NCBI GenBank assembly: GCA_965205425.1
Contig: CBDBGZ010000009.1
Location: forward strand, 320,001-384,000
Reading direction: 5' to 3'
Length of the DNA: 64,000 nt
From: Nitrosopumilus sp.
GTDB taxonomy: Archaea > Thermoproteota > Nitrososphaeria > Nitrososphaerales > Nitrosopumilaceae
This document shows positions 10,269-20,889 of the stretch, piece after piece. The notes under the pieces were generated by a model. It saw nothing but the letters and a program-made list of their open reading frames with translations. It was not told where the DNA came from and searched no databases. Made by a program: the position numbers and the translations under genes. Position 1 is the first letter of the stretch. Each line of letters opens with the position of its first letter.

Positions 10269-10686
10269 TTTCAGTTAACACTTCTCCCCCAACAGCTTTT
10301 AGTTTCTCTTCTGCAGATGCTGTAAATTGTTGAATTTTGACGGAATATGCATTTGTGATTTTTCCGCCTCCAAGGAGTTTGTCGTATCCTGCACTTTCAA
10401 GGTCTACGATTTTTTTGCCTCCTTCTTCTTTACCGAACATCATGAACAAGTCATCTAGATCTCTAACGCTAGTCCATTTTTTGATAATATTTGGGTGAGG
10501 TGTTTTAGGGATACTGTGGTTGTAATGATCTGGATCTTCTTTCATCATAGTACTTCTATGATGTTTCTTCATACCAGTAATTCCAAGACCACCTTTGTGA
10601 CCACTTGCACGATGTTGACCTACTTGTCCCCATCCCATGTGTCGTCCGCCTCTAAGACGTCTTGTTTTTCGTAATCTAGATGCCAT
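10261..10686 (-). CDS. rpl15: 50S ribosomal protein uL15
   Basis: RKTRRLRGGRHMGWG, YDKLLGGG. Confidence 0.95.
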   Translation of the reverse strand: MASRLRKTRRLRGGRHMGWGQVGQHRASGHKGGLGITGMKKHHRSTMMKEDPDHYNHSIPKTPHPNIIKKWTSVRDLDDLFMMFGKEEGGKKIVDLESAGYDKLLGGGKITNAYSVKIQQFTASAEEKLKAVGGEVLTENG

Positions 10687-10687
10687 G

Positions 10688-11155
10688 TTAAATCATTCTC
10701 CTTACAATAGTGTCAAGTTCTTTATTTTGTCCAAGTACTCCTTTCTGTCCATAAAGTTTCTTGGTACTTCTTTTGAATCCATGTACAGGAGGTGCTAAAG
10801 CAAACCATGGTTTGAGTGGTTTTAATTTTGACAATGTTGCTTTACCTTCAGCCAAAGCTGCTCCCAATTCTGCAGTACTTGAAAATCCTAATTCTTTCAA
10901 ATCTTCAGCAGTTACTTTTTGATAACCACCTTTTCTTGCTTTCTTTTCTAATAGTTCAGTTGCTAAAGATGCGTCAATTTCAACCCAAGAAACATAGTGT
11001 TGTACTTTTCTTAACATTCCCAAAGTATTATCTTTGGCAGGAAGGATAGTTGCACGATATCTTTTGTCTAATTTTAACAAAGTCATTGTAGTGGTTGCCC
11101 AGTATGGACAATCTGCTTGACCTTTTATTCTAACAACGAGATATGCATTTGCCAT
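10688..11155 (-). CDS. rpl30: 50S ribosomal protein uL30
   Basis: LVVRIKG, LAPPVHG; spc operon order. Confidence 0.93.
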   Translation of the reverse strand: MANAYLVVRIKGQADCPYWATTTMTLLKLDKRYRATILPAKDNTLGMLRKVQHYVSWVEIDASLATELLEKKARKGGYQKVTAEDLKELGFSSTAELGAALAEGKATLSKLKPLKPWFALAPPVHGFKRSTKKLYGQKGVLGQNKELDTIVRRMI

Positions 11156-11161
11156 TCTTTA

Positions 11162-11899
11162 TCAACCCTGACTAAATGTCTGTCTTAGACAATCCAATAT
11201 TGCTTTTGAAGTTGAATTCATGGTAGGTGTTGAACCTTTTGCAGTAGTCCATGCATCTTTAAGACCAGCTAATTCCAATAATCGTTTAATTTTACCGCCT
11301 GCTACTAGACCTAATCCACGAGGAGCAGGAATAATTTCAATTGTAACACTGCCACCTTTTCCTTTTACTTTGAATGGTACAGAATGTTTTTGATCACATC
11401 TACATTCCCAACTGCCACATCCCATTTTGATTGGTTGTACGTTTAGGAAAGCTTGACTAGTTGCTTTTTCAATTGCAATTCTCATTTGTTTTGATTTACC
11501 TTGGCCAATTCCCAAGTATCCATTTTCATTTCCTGCTGCAACAATTGCTTTGAATCTAGTTGATTGACCATTTGAAGTCATTTTTTGAATAATACCTACA
11601 TCAACAACTTCACTTTTCAAATCAGGTAACAGTTTCTTAATAATTCCTGATTCTTGAACTCTTAATCCTAATTCAATAATTTCTTCTAATGATGTAATTT
11701 CTCCAGAGTTAACTTTTTGTCCCAAAATAGTTTTTGGAACCCAAACTTCTTCTTCTGGCTCTCTTCTTGGTCTTCTTGGACGATCTTTAGCTCCTCCTGG
11801 TGGGCCTCTTCCATATACTGGTGGGCCTCTTCCACGTTGACCTTGTCCGCCTTGACCGGGTTTTGATTGTCCTGGTTTTGATTGTGCAGTTTGACTCAT
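11162..11899 (-). CDS. rps5: 30S ribosomal protein uS5
   Basis: WVPKTILG, GCGSWEC, PAPRGLGLV. Confidence 0.96.
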   Translation of the reverse strand: MSQTAQSKPGQSKPGQGGQGQRGRGPPVYGRGPPGGAKDRPRRPRREPEEEVWVPKTILGQKVNSGEITSLEEIIELGLRVQESGIIKKLLPDLKSEVVDVGIIQKMTSNGQSTRFKAIVAAGNENGYLGIGQGKSKQMRIAIEKATSQAFLNVQPIKMGCGSWECRCDQKHSVPFKVKGKGGSVTIEIIPAPRGLGLVAGGKIKRLLELAGLKDAWTTAKGSTPTMNSTSKAILDCLRQTFSQG

Positions 11900-11901
11900 T
11901 T

Positions 11902-12384
11902 CTATTTGACCTCACTATCAATTGCAGATTTTATTTTTGAAACTTCATTTTTTACTGTTAAATGTTCACCGTTAATTCTTTCTTCAGCTGGGAATGATTC
12001 TGGATCAGCTGGGACTTGAAGGCCTGCATCAACTAATCCTTTGAGAGCAGCTGCCATTCTTTGAGTAAATCTTTTAGTTCCAGTATACAAAATAGCATCC
12101 TTTGCACCTTTTCCTATTGCCTTCTTACCTGCCAAGTAACCTGTAAGATATGCAGCTGGTACACTTTTTCTAGAACCTTTCCATCCTTTTTCAAGTAGAT
12201 ATCTAGAATGAGCAGAAGCTACAACTTTGTCTCCAGTCATCCCAGGTGTGAGAATTTGGACTTGAGTATTTTCATTAGTAATATTTACAGTGATAAAATC
12301 GCGTTTACCCATCAACATGGTTCCACGTTTTCTATAATTGGTCTTTTCCTCTCTTAATCTTCTTAATATTTTTGAATAGGCCAT
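11902..12384 (-). CDS. rpl18: 50S ribosomal protein uL18
   Basis: RRLREEKTNYRKR, PAAYLTG. Confidence 0.95.
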   Translation of the reverse strand: MAYSKILRRLREEKTNYRKRGTMLMGKRDFITVNITNENTQVQILTPGMTGDKVVASAHSRYLLEKGWKGSRKSVPAAYLTGYLAGKKAIGKGAKDAILYTGTKRFTQRMAAALKGLVDAGLQVPADPESFPAEERINGEHLTVKNEVSKIKSAIDSEVK

Positions 12385-12420
12385 CTATAGAAACCGAGTT
12401 TGAATCTGCTCTTATATACG

Positions 12421-13335
12421 TTAAGCGCGAATCAGAGCAACTAGCAAAGCTTTCTGAGTATGTAGACGATTTTCTGCCTCATCCCATACAACAGATTGTG
12501 GACCATCAATTACAGATGAAGTAACTTCTTGTTCTCGTTTTGCCGGAAGACAATGTAAAAAGATCGCATCTTTTTTTGCAGACTTTAACAATTTGTCATT
12601 TACCTGATACTTTGGCAAGAATTTTTTTAATCTTTTCTTATCAAGATTGTGAATTGATGCGAAGGTATCAGCAACTACTACATCTGCATTTTTAGTTGCA
12701 ACAAAAGGATCAGTTGTTAATTCAATGTTGGTTGTTTTCTTGGCTTCTTTGATGACAGTTTTGTCTGGTTCAAAGCCTTTAGGAGTTGCAATTGACATGT
12801 TTACTCCAGATAAAGCCGCACCGTAAACCATAGAGTTACATACATTGTTACCATCACCAATCCATGCAATTTTTAGTCCCTTGAGTTTTTTCTTTTTTTC
12901 TTTTATCGTCATAAAGTCTGCCAATATTTGGCAAGGATGAAAAGTATCAGATAGTCCATTAATCACAGGTACACTTGCATGCTTTGCTAATTTTTCAAGT
13001 AAATCATGGTCATAGACACGCGCCATTATACAATTTGTATATCGTGAAAGAGTTTTTGCAGTGTCTTCAACTGATTCTCCACGAGATAATTGCATGTCAT
13101 TTGATGATAAATTCACTGCATGTCCTCCTAACTGATACATACCAACTTCAAAACTAACACGTGTTCGAGTAGATGGTTTTTGGAAAATCATTGTTAAGGT
13201 TTTATTTTTTAGGGTTGGTTTGTTTCCATTTTTTTTGAGTTCTTTTTTTAATTTAATAGAGTCATCGATTAATCCTACAAATTCCTTTGGGGCTAGTTCC
13301 GCTAAAGTGAGTAAATCTTTTGTTTTTAGTTTCAT
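12421..13335 (-). CDS. argF: Ornithine carbamoyltransferase
   Basis: STRTR, HPCQ, HCLP. Confidence 0.96.
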   Translation of the reverse strand: MKLKTKDLLTLAELAPKEFVGLIDDSIKLKKELKKNGNKPTLKNKTLTMIFQKPSTRTRVSFEVGMYQLGGHAVNLSSNDMQLSRGESVEDTAKTLSRYTNCIMARVYDHDLLEKLAKHASVPVINGLSDTFHPCQILADFMTIKEKKKKLKGLKIAWIGDGNNVCNSMVYGAALSGVNMSIATPKGFEPDKTVIKEAKKTTNIELTTDPFVATKNADVVVADTFASIHNLDKKRLKKFLPKYQVNDKLLKSAKKDAIFLHCLPAKREQEVTSSVIDGPQSVVWDEAENRLHTQKALLVALIRA

Positions 13336-14723
13336 TTCTTAAAGAATCCGAATCTTCCTCGTTTCTTTTCAGGTTTTTCTTCTTTATCATGTTTTTGTAT
13401 TTCTTCATCTTCAACATCATCTACATCATTGACTTTGTTTGATTCTCCAGGTTTAGGTCGGTCATTTTTAATCCACTGACGAATATTGTTACCAAGATTG
13501 ATTGCATCCTTGTCATTTTCTGGTGGAGTGATTTTAAATAGTTCAGAATAAGTTGTAATGTCATCATCTTTGATTCCATCAAAGGGATCATCAGAAGTTT
13601 GTGTTGGTTCAGGTTCTGGTGTTGGTTCTGGTGTTGGTTCTGGTGTTGGTTCTGGTGTTGGTTCTGGTGTTGGTTCTGGTGTTGGTTCTGGTGTTGGTTC
13701 TGGTGTTGGTTCTGGTGTTGGTTCTGGTGTTGGTTCTGGTGTTGGTTCAGGTTCTGGTGTTGGTTCTGGTGTTGGTTCAGGTTCTGATTCATTAGTTTTT
13801 GTAACATCTACATCATCTAGAGAACCAAAAACTGTTTCTAGAAAAAGTTCCCTATCAAAGGGTTTAAGATCAGGATATTCTTGCCCAACTCCAACATAAA
13901 GTACAGGAGTGGAAGTTACTTTTACAATAGATAAAGCAGCACCGCCTTTTGCATCAGCATCACTCTTTGTTAAAATCGAACCATCAAAATTGACATGTTT
14001 ATGGAATTCACGAGCTTGATTTACAGTATCATTTCCTGCCAATGAATCACCTACGAAAATTTTCATATCTGGGTTTACTACTTTGGTAATTTTTTCAATT
14101 TGCTGCATTAAATTTTCACTTGTCTGCATTCTTCCAGCAGTATCAATTAGCACAACATCTGTTTTGTGAGACTTTGCATATAGTACTGCATCACGTGCAA
14201 CAGCTGCTGGATCTGAATTATAATTTTGAGCAACCAATTTTAGATTAAGTCGTTTAGTATGTTCGCGTAATTGTTCAATTGCACCTGCTCGGAAAGTATC
14301 AGATGCTGCAACAACAACAGAATATTTTGCTTCTTTTAACAGATGTGCAACTTTAGCTAATGAAGTGGTCTTTCCAGTACCATTAATTCCAACAAATAAA
14401 ATCAAAAAAGGTTGTTCTTGTTTCTTTTTTTCATTAATTTTTTCGAAAAGATCAAATTCGCCAGCAGCATCAAACAAAGAAGAAATACTTGAAATTAAAC
14501 TGTCTTTGACAAATTTTTCAATTTCATGCTTGTCTACTTTAGAACCAATTAATTTTTCTTTGAGATCAGATTTAATGGAATCAATAACTTCAGTTGCAAC
14601 ATCAGATTCTAAGAGAGATATTTCTAATTCAAAAAGAATATCTTCAATGTCTTTGTCATTAAGTTCTTTTTCTCCAAGACTTTTCGCTGCATTTGAAAAT
14701 GCACTACGAAGTTTATCAAACAT
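13332..14723 (-). CDS. ftsY: SRP receptor FtsY with C-terminal Pro/Glu/Thr repeat extension
   Basis: [31 protein letters not shown]. Confidence 0.96.
   Translation of the reverse strand: MFDKLRSAFSNAAKSLGEKELNDKDIEDILFELEISLLESDVATEVIDSIKSDLKEKLIGSKVDKHEIEKFVKDSLISSISSLFDAAGEFDLFEKINEKKKQEQPFLILFVGINGTGKTTSLAKVAHLLKEAKYSVVVAASDTFRAGAIEQLREHTKRLNLKLVAQNYNSDPAAVARDAVLYAKSHKTDVVLIDTAGRMQTSENLMQQIEKITKVVNPDMKIFVGDSLAGNDTVNQAREFHKHVNFDGSILTKSDADAKGGAALSIVKVTSTPVLYVGVGQEYPDLKPFDRELFLETVFGSLDDVDVTKTNESEPEPTPEPTPEPEPTPEPTPEPTPEPTPEPTPEPTPEPTPEPTPEPTPEPTPEPTPEPEPTQTSDDPFDGIKDDDITTYSELFKITPPENDKDAINLGNNIRQWIKNDRPKPGESNKVNDVDDVEDEEIQKHDKEEKPEKKRGRFGFFKK
13606..13786. repeat. 12-bp tandem repeat (GGTTCTGGTGTT)n encoding PEPT repeats in FtsY
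   Basis: Directly visible near-perfect tandem array with a few GGTTCA variants. Confidence 0.97.
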
Positions 14724-14726
14724 AGA

Positions 14727-15164
14727 TTATCCCGTAGTTGGAGGCTGTGGTGGTTGTTGCATGGCTTGCATCATTTGATTCATCTGTGCTTTTCCTTGCT
14801 CTAATCGTGATGCTGCATCTTGTTTTTTTGCAACAGTATCTTGTAATGCAATTTCAATTTCTTTGATTCTTGCTTCTAGATAATTAATTGCTGAAGGAAA
14901 ATCTTTTTCAACTGCTACTCCTGCACCAATATTCATAACAATCTTTGAGCTAGATGAAATTTTTGTAGGAACATAAGTGCCCATTCCTATTGGAACTAGA
15001 GTTTCAGATTCTGAATTCTTTCCAAGAGATTGAATTGATTGAATTGAAGCAGTTGCTTCTCTTAAAATATTCATGAAGGTGACTTCTCTTTGAGATAAAT
15101 CAGAAAAATATGTTTCAAGCATTTGCATTTGCTGCATTAATTGCTCAGCCTGTTCTTCACTCAT
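14727..15164 (-). CDS. pfdA: Prefoldin alpha subunit
   Basis: ETLVPIGMG, IGAGVAVEK hairpins between coiled coils; adjacent to ftsY. Confidence 0.93.
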   Translation of the reverse strand: MSEEQAEQLMQQMQMLETYFSDLSQREVTFMNILREATASIQSIQSLGKNSESETLVPIGMGTYVPTKISSSSKIVMNIGAGVAVEKDFPSAINYLEARIKEIEIALQDTVAKKQDAASRLEQGKAQMNQMMQAMQQPPQPPTTG

Positions 15165-15264
15165 GTCAACAAACATCTTTCAGATGGTTATAAATTCATT
15201 CATAGGTTTGGAAAAAAATTTAATCAAAATAGAATAAAAAATAGAAAAAAATAAAGATTTAACT

Positions 15265-15885
15265 TTATTTTGCTTTAGAGAATCTAGATTCTACTTCATC
15301 CCAATTTACTACATTCCACCATGCCTCAATATAGACAGGTCGTTTGTTTTGGTAGTTGAGATAGTATGCATGTTCCCACACATCACAGCCAAGTAATGGC
15401 ACTAATCCTTCAGTTCTTGGACTAGTTTGGTTTGGCATTGATTTGTACTCAACCTTTCCTGAAGAAGGATTGTATACTAACCATCCCCAACCGCTGCCTT
15501 GAATTACAGCTGTAGTAGATGAAAATTTCTCTTTGAAGTCAGAAAAGCTTCCAAAGGAATCATTGATTGCATCAGCAATAGATCCTCCAGGTTCTCCGCC
15601 TCCATTTGGTTTCATGTTATTCCAAAATAACCTATGGTTATCATAACCACCACCGTTGAAATTAATTGCACCTCTTTGAGCTTCTGGTATTGAATTAATA
15701 TCAGACAAGATGTCAAGGATATCTTTTTCTTGAATATCAGCAGGACATGTTTCAAGAGCTGCATTTAGTTTGTCAGTGTATGCTTGGTGATGTTTTGAAT
15801 GATGAATCTCCATTGTTTTTGCATCAATGTGAGGTTCTAATGCATCATAAGCATATGGCATTTCAGGAAGAGTGTATTTTCCCAT
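15265..15885 (-). CDS. sod: Fe/Mn superoxide dismutase
   Basis: HHSKHH, DVWEHAYY. Confidence 0.97.
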   Translation of the reverse strand: MGKYTLPEMPYAYDALEPHIDAKTMEIHHSKHHQAYTDKLNAALETCPADIQEKDILDILSDINSIPEAQRGAINFNGGGYDNHRLFWNNMKPNGGGEPGGSIADAINDSFGSFSDFKEKFSSTTAVIQGSGWGWLVYNPSSGKVEYKSMPNQTSPRTEGLVPLLGCDVWEHAYYLNYQNKRPVYIEAWWNVVNWDEVESRFSKAK

Positions 15886-15948
15886 ATACCACATGGAAAA
15901 TTTATTCAATTTATTGCTTTAGTAAGCAATTCATTTTTACTTGTTAGA

Positions 15949-17994
15949 ATGATTAGAAAATTTGTGAAAATATTACTAATTTTCTCATTAACATTAGTAT
16001 TATTTGGAATTTTTATTTTTTCACATTATTTAGAATCAGAAAATGAAATTCACACGTATGTTCAAAGAAGTGTTCCGTTTGTAGGAACTGAAATTCCAAG
16101 ATTAGATGGAATAGATGGTTCAGGGATAAAAATAGCAGTGATTGACACAGGAGTGGATTTCAACCATCCAGATCTTTTTGGATGGGGGCAAGATGGAAAA
16201 GTGATTGGAGGATTTAATTTCATACAAGAAGGCCAACCCCCTCTAGATACTAATGGACATGGGACTCAAGTTGCAGGAGTTATAGCTGCAGATGGAGAAA
16301 TAATAGGCGTAGCACCAAAGGCCAAAATTTTAGCTTACAAAGTTTCCGAAGATGGAGAAGGAGTATCATCAGAGTTAATCATCAGAGCAATTGAGAAAGC
16401 TATAGAAGATGATGCAGATATTATCAATATCAGTTTAGGAGTAAACAAAACAAATTCAAAGATTGAACATGCAGTAAATCTTGCATTAGAAAAAGAAATT
16501 TTTGTAGTAACAGCAGCTGGAAATGATGGACCAGGGTTAGAATCAATTGGAAGTCCAGGAAGAAATTTTGGATCAGTTACAGTTGGTGCAACATATAACA
16601 ATTTGACTTCGAGTTTGGTTGCAACATTAGAAATAGATGAAAAACCATACACAGTAATTCCAATGGTTGGCTCTACAAAATTAGAAGAACCGTTAAGAGA
16701 GAAAATAATTTTTGCAGGTTACGGAAAAGTTACAGATTTTCAAGAACTAGATGTTAATGATGCAATAGTAATTGTTGAAAGAGGAAGTGATGTAGAAGAG
16801 GAGATGTTGTATTTTTCAATCAAAGAAAAGAATGCAGCTGCTGCAGGTGCAAAAGCGATGATTGTTTACAATAATATTCCAGGGATTTTTTTGGGGGAAT
16901 TAGTTCATGAGTTTATAGCGCCAGAATACTCACCTCAAATTCCAGTAGTATCAATTGATAGAGAAGAAGGGCTTGAAATTAAAGAATCACTTTCAGAAGA
17001 CAGTGAGGGAATTTTACAATTATTTTTCAATCCAGATTTTGTTGCACATTTTAGTTCCAGAGGACCAATATCACCATTTTACATAAAACCGGAAATTGTA
17101 GCACCTGGAGCTTACATTAACACCACCCAGAACAATGCAGGATACAACTTTACCAGTGGAACTAGTTATGCTGCTCCTCATGTGAGTGGAGCTGCAGCAT
17201 TATTGCTTCAAAAAAACCCAGATCTTCATCATCATGAAATTAAATCTCTACTACTTACCACAGTTGAGCCTGTTTCTGATGCCTATGGACAAGAATTCTC
17301 CATTCATGAATCAGGTGCAGGTAGATTAGATATTGAAAATGCATACAATGCAAAATTGATCATAGAGCCACCAAACTTTGTAGCTATTACATCATCAGAT
17401 AATAGAATTGTAGAAAAACAATTCCAACTAAAATCAATTGGTGGTTCATGGGATGGTTTTGATGTAACATTTGACGGACCCGAATTTGTAGAGTTTAGTG
17501 GAGAACTCGTAGATAGAGGGATTTTGAAAATTAGGATGAATGTGTTAGAAGACAATTTTGGAGAGCATGAAGGATTAATTATGATAAGTCATGAAGATTC
17601 TCAATACAGAGTTCCATTTTTGTTGCACTTTACACAAGGTTCAATTTCAGTAAACCAACAAAATGAAAAATTATCTTTTGAGATTTATCACCCTGAAGAA
17701 TGGAGCTTTGCAAAAATTTCAGTAATCAATAGTTTTGATGGAAGTACACACACAACAACTACAACACCCCACAAAGAAGCATCAATTGAAGTCTATGAGA
17801 ATTCAGAATATTGGATTGATGCAAAAATTAGAGTTAGCGGTAACACAACAAGTGCATTTAATGTAATTGAAATCAATTCACTTGATGAAAGTCAATCTAG
17901 AATTAACTTTTTAGAAATTCCTGAAAGACAAATACTCATAATCAGCATAGTTTTGGTTGGAATTGCAATTTTTGGAATAATTAAAAGAAGATAA
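15949..17994 (+). CDS. S8 subtilisin-like serine protease with PA domain, membrane anchored
   Basis: IDTG, HGT, SGTSYAAPHV catalytic triad; N- and C-terminal hydrophobic helices. Confidence 0.93.
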   Translation: MIRKFVKILLIFSLTLVLFGIFIFSHYLESENEIHTYVQRSVPFVGTEIPRLDGIDGSGIKIAVIDTGVDFNHPDLFGWGQDGKVIGGFNFIQEGQPPLDTNGHGTQVAGVIAADGEIIGVAPKAKILAYKVSEDGEGVSSELIIRAIEKAIEDDADIINISLGVNKTNSKIEHAVNLALEKEIFVVTAAGNDGPGLESIGSPGRNFGSVTVGATYNNLTSSLVATLEIDEKPYTVIPMVGSTKLEEPLREKIIFAGYGKVTDFQELDVNDAIVIVERGSDVEEEMLYFSIKEKNAAAAGAKAMIVYNNIPGIFLGELVHEFIAPEYSPQIPVVSIDREEGLEIKESLSEDSEGILQLFFNPDFVAHFSSRGPISPFYIKPEIVAPGAYINTTQNNAGYNFTSGTSYAAPHVSGAAALLLQKNPDLHHHEIKSLLLTTVEPVSDAYGQEFSIHESGAGRLDIENAYNAKLIIEPPNFVAITSSDNRIVEKQFQLKSIGGSWDGFDVTFDGPEFVEFSGELVDRGILKIRMNVLEDNFGEHEGLIMISHEDSQYRVPFLLHFTQGSISVNQQNEKLSFEIYHPEEWSFAKISVINSFDGSTHTTTTTPHKEASIEVYENSEYWIDAKIRVSGNTTSAFNVIEINSLDESQSRINFLEIPERQILIISIVLVGIAIFGIIKRR

Positions 17995-17995
17995 T

Positions 17996-19624
17996 CTATT
18001 GGTTGAATTTAGGACCAGCTTCAATAATTTCTGGTGAGACATTTTCAAATTTCTTAAAGTTCTCAACGAACATTTGAGCTAATTTCTTTGCAGACATGTC
18101 ATAGGAATCTTTGTCAACCCAAGTATTCTTTGGATCTAAGATTTCAGAAGGGACTCCTTCTACTTCAGTTGGAATATCCAAGTTGAATAAATCATCATGA
18201 CGATATTTTACAATATCAAGTGCGCCTGAAAGAGCAGCAGTAACCATTGCACGGCTGTATTTGATTTTGATTCTTTTTCCAACACCATATGGGCCACCAG
18301 ACCATCCAGTGTTTACAAGATAAACCACAGTATTGTGTTGGTTAATTTTTTCACCAAGAAGTTTTGCGTAAACTGAAGCAGGTCTAGGCATGAATGGAGC
18401 ACCAAAACACTGAGAAAATACAGATTTTGGCTCTTTAATTCCTCTCTCAGTTCCTGCTAACTTACTAGTATATCCAGACATGAAATGATACATTGCACCT
18501 TCTTTGGTAAGTCTAGAAACAGGAGGCAAGACACCCAATGCATCTGCTGTCAAAAATACGATAACTCTAGGATTTCCACCAACACTTGGAATTACAGCTC
18601 CAGGGATGAAATCTAAAGGATATCCAACACGAGTATTTTCTGTTAATGAGTTATCATCATAATCTGGAACGCCGTCATTTAGTACAACATTTTCTAAAAG
18701 TGCACCAGGTTTGATTGCATTCCAAATTTCTGGTTCTGCTTCTTGGCTCAGATTGATACATTTTGCATAACAACCTCCTTCAAAATTAAATGTCCCGTTA
18801 TCAGACCATCCATGTTCGTCATCACCAATTAATTTTCTATTAGGATCTGCTGAAAGTGTAGTTTTACCAGTACCAGATAGTCCAAAGAACAAAGCAGTAT
18901 CGCCTTTTTCACCAATATTTGCAGAACAGTGCATTGGAAAAATACCACGGTCAGGTAACAAGAAATTCATTACACCAAACATTGATTTTTTCATTTCACC
19001 AGCGTATTCAGTTCCGCCAATCAAAACAATTTTTCTTGTTAAATCAATTAGAATAAAGACATCAGTTCTGGTTCCATCAATTTCAGGGTCTGCTACAAAG
19101 TCATTGATACATAAAATGGTAAATTCAGGTTCGTGTTTATCTAACTCTTCACTTGTTGGACGGATAAACAAATTACTTGAAAACATATTTTGCCAAACGT
19201 GATCATTGATGACTCTAATTGGTAAACGAGTTTCAGGATCTGCTCCTACAAAACCATCAAAAACAAAAAGTTCCTTGTTATCAACAAAGTCTTTCATTTT
19301 TTCAAATAGTTTTTCAAATTTACCACTTGGGAATTGATGGTTAATTTTTCCCCAATCAATAGAATCATGAGTTTTGTCATCATATACAATAAATCGATCA
19401 TCAGGAGATCTTCCAGTGTATTTTCCAGTATCTACTGATAATGAGCCTGTTGAGTTTACAACACCTTCCTTTCTCTCAACTGCCATTTTGACCATATCAT
19501 CCACACTTAGATTTCTGTGGACTTTGGATGGATTGATTCCAAAAGCACCTAATTGTGATGAAAATTTCTCAGTTGCTACAGTACCAAGTACTTGGGTCAG
19601 AGGGTATTGCCTCCAAAAATACAA
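17996..19624 (-). CDS. pckA: Phosphoenolpyruvate carboxykinase (ATP); start uncertain
   Basis: YAGEMKK, GLSGTGKTT, IGDDEHGW, EGGCYAK. Confidence 0.96.
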   Translation of the reverse strand: MYFWRQYPLTQVLGTVATEKFSSQLGAFGINPSKVHRNLSVDDMVKMAVERKEGVVNSTGSLSVDTGKYTGRSPDDRFIVYDDKTHDSIDWGKINHQFPSGKFEKLFEKMKDFVDNKELFVFDGFVGADPETRLPIRVINDHVWQNMFSSNLFIRPTSEELDKHEPEFTILCINDFVADPEIDGTRTDVFILIDLTRKIVLIGGTEYAGEMKKSMFGVMNFLLPDRGIFPMHCSANIGEKGDTALFFGLSGTGKTTLSADPNRKLIGDDEHGWSDNGTFNFEGGCYAKCINLSQEAEPEIWNAIKPGALLENVVLNDGVPDYDDNSLTENTRVGYPLDFIPGAVIPSVGGNPRVIVFLTADALGVLPPVSRLTKEGAMYHFMSGYTSKLAGTERGIKEPKSVFSQCFGAPFMPRPASVYAKLLGEKINQHNTVVYLVNTGWSGGPYGVGKRIKIKYSRAMVTAALSGALDIVKYRHDDLFNLDIPTEVEGVPSEILDPKNTWVDKDSYDMSAKKLAQMFVENFKKFENVSPEIIEAGPKFNQ

Positions 19625-19749
19625 AGTTCAATCCCAGGCTGGTTCATGAGATATTCGATCCGGCCTAAGTTTCCTTATTATCTTTTTCTTATAGGGAATT
19701 TTTTTCTTGTCTAGGAACGTATTTATTCCAAAATTCAAGACTCAATTTC

Positions 19750-20148
19750 ATGACGATCAACAAAGATCTGCTTGCAAAAAGAGAAGAGGTAAAAGCAAAC
19801 AAACCAGATTTTGTCAGACCAGAAAGTTGGCGTTATGTTAGACTTCAAACCAATTGGAGAAAACCAAAAGGTATTGATCATCACCAAAGAAAACAAAAGA
19901 GTAGAGGTCGTCCAGGTCTTGTTAAAGTTGGATATGGTGGACCAAAAGCAGCAAGAGGATTACACCCATCAGGATTTACAGATAACCTAGTTTACAATTT
20001 GAACGATTTAGAAAAATTAGACCCAAAGAAAGATGGAGTCAGATTTGGACACAGTGTAGGAACTAAAAAGAGAAAAGAAATTATCGTAAAAGCAATTGAA
20101 CAAAAATTCAAAATCTTTAATGCAAGAGTGAGTCCAAGTGGTAGTTAA
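19750..20148 (+). CDS. rpl32e: 50S ribosomal protein eL32
   Basis: WRKPKGID, GLHPSG. Confidence 0.96.
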   Translation: MTINKDLLAKREEVKANKPDFVRPESWRYVRLQTNWRKPKGIDHHQRKQKSRGRPGLVKVGYGGPKAARGLHPSGFTDNLVYNLNDLEKLDPKKDGVRFGHSVGTKKRKEIIVKAIEQKFKIFNARVSPSGS

Positions 20149-20593
20149 TCTTAAAGCTAAAAAAAGACTCGCAGCCAGAGTTACTGGTGTCGGAGTTCAT
20201 CGAATTAGATTTGATGCTGATCATTTAGATGACATTGCAGATGCAATTACAAGAGAAAATATCCGAAGTCTCATTACAGCAAACACTATCAAAATTAAAT
20301 CATTTACAGGTACTTCAAGAGGTAGAGCACAAGAAAAGAAAGCTCAGAGAAACAAAAGAGGTACAACTCAAGGTTCCAAACAAGGAAGAAAAGGTGCAAG
20401 AGTTGGTAAAAAAGAAGTTTATGTTGCTAAAGTTCGTTCATTAAGAAGATTATTGAAAATTGCAAAAGACAGAAAGGATTTGACTAATCCTGAATTTTGG
20501 GCACTTTACAAGAAAGTAGGTGGTAACACAGTTAGAAACAAAGCACACCTTAGACTTTTGATGGAAGAAATCAAAGAAAAACGAAAAGATTAG
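20138..20593 (+). CDS. rpl19e: 50S ribosomal protein eL19
   Basis: KKRLAARV, AITRENIR, SRGR. Confidence 0.95.
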   Translation: MVVNLKAKKRLAARVTGVGVHRIRFDADHLDDIADAITRENIRSLITANTIKIKSFTGTSRGRAQEKKAQRNKRGTTQGSKQGRKGARVGKKEVYVAKVRSLRRLLKIAKDRKDLTNPEFWALYKKVGGNTVRNKAHLRLLMEEIKEKRKD

Positions 20594-20889
20594 AATCGAT
20601 AAATTTTATTTTCTAATTCTACAATTTTGCCATTTTGAATTTTAATTCCTTCATCATTTAGCATCTTAGTCTTTACATTTTCTCCATAGGCATATCCACC
20701 AATTTTTCCAGTAGACATTACAACTCTATGACACGGAATAATTACGGGGTATGGGTTTTTGTTCATAATTTTTCCAACAGCTCGTTGACCATTTTTTAAT
20801 CCAACAGCTTTTGCTAATTCCCCGTATGTTGTAATTTGGCCTTTAGGTACTTCAAGTAATTTCTTGTAAATTTTTTGCTGAAGATTCAA
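20590..20889 (-). CDS. ogt: Single-domain methylated-DNA-protein cysteine methyltransferase (MGMT/Ogt family)
   Basis: TYGELA, RAVG, IPCHRV. Confidence 0.9.
   Translation of the reverse strand: MNLQQKIYKKLLEVPKGQITTYGELAKAVGLKNGQRAVGKIMNKNPYPVIIPCHRVVMSTGKIGGYAYGENVKTKMLNDEGIKIQNGKIVELENKIYRF

Noticed and set aside
13606..13786. Possible CRISPR array
   Set aside because: Head-to-tail 12-mers without unique spacers, inside a CDS; no cas genes in the window
13421..13899. NQHQ, GSGV, CWFW and VLVL repeat ORFs
   Set aside because: Alternative-frame shadows of the 12-bp repeat inside ftsY
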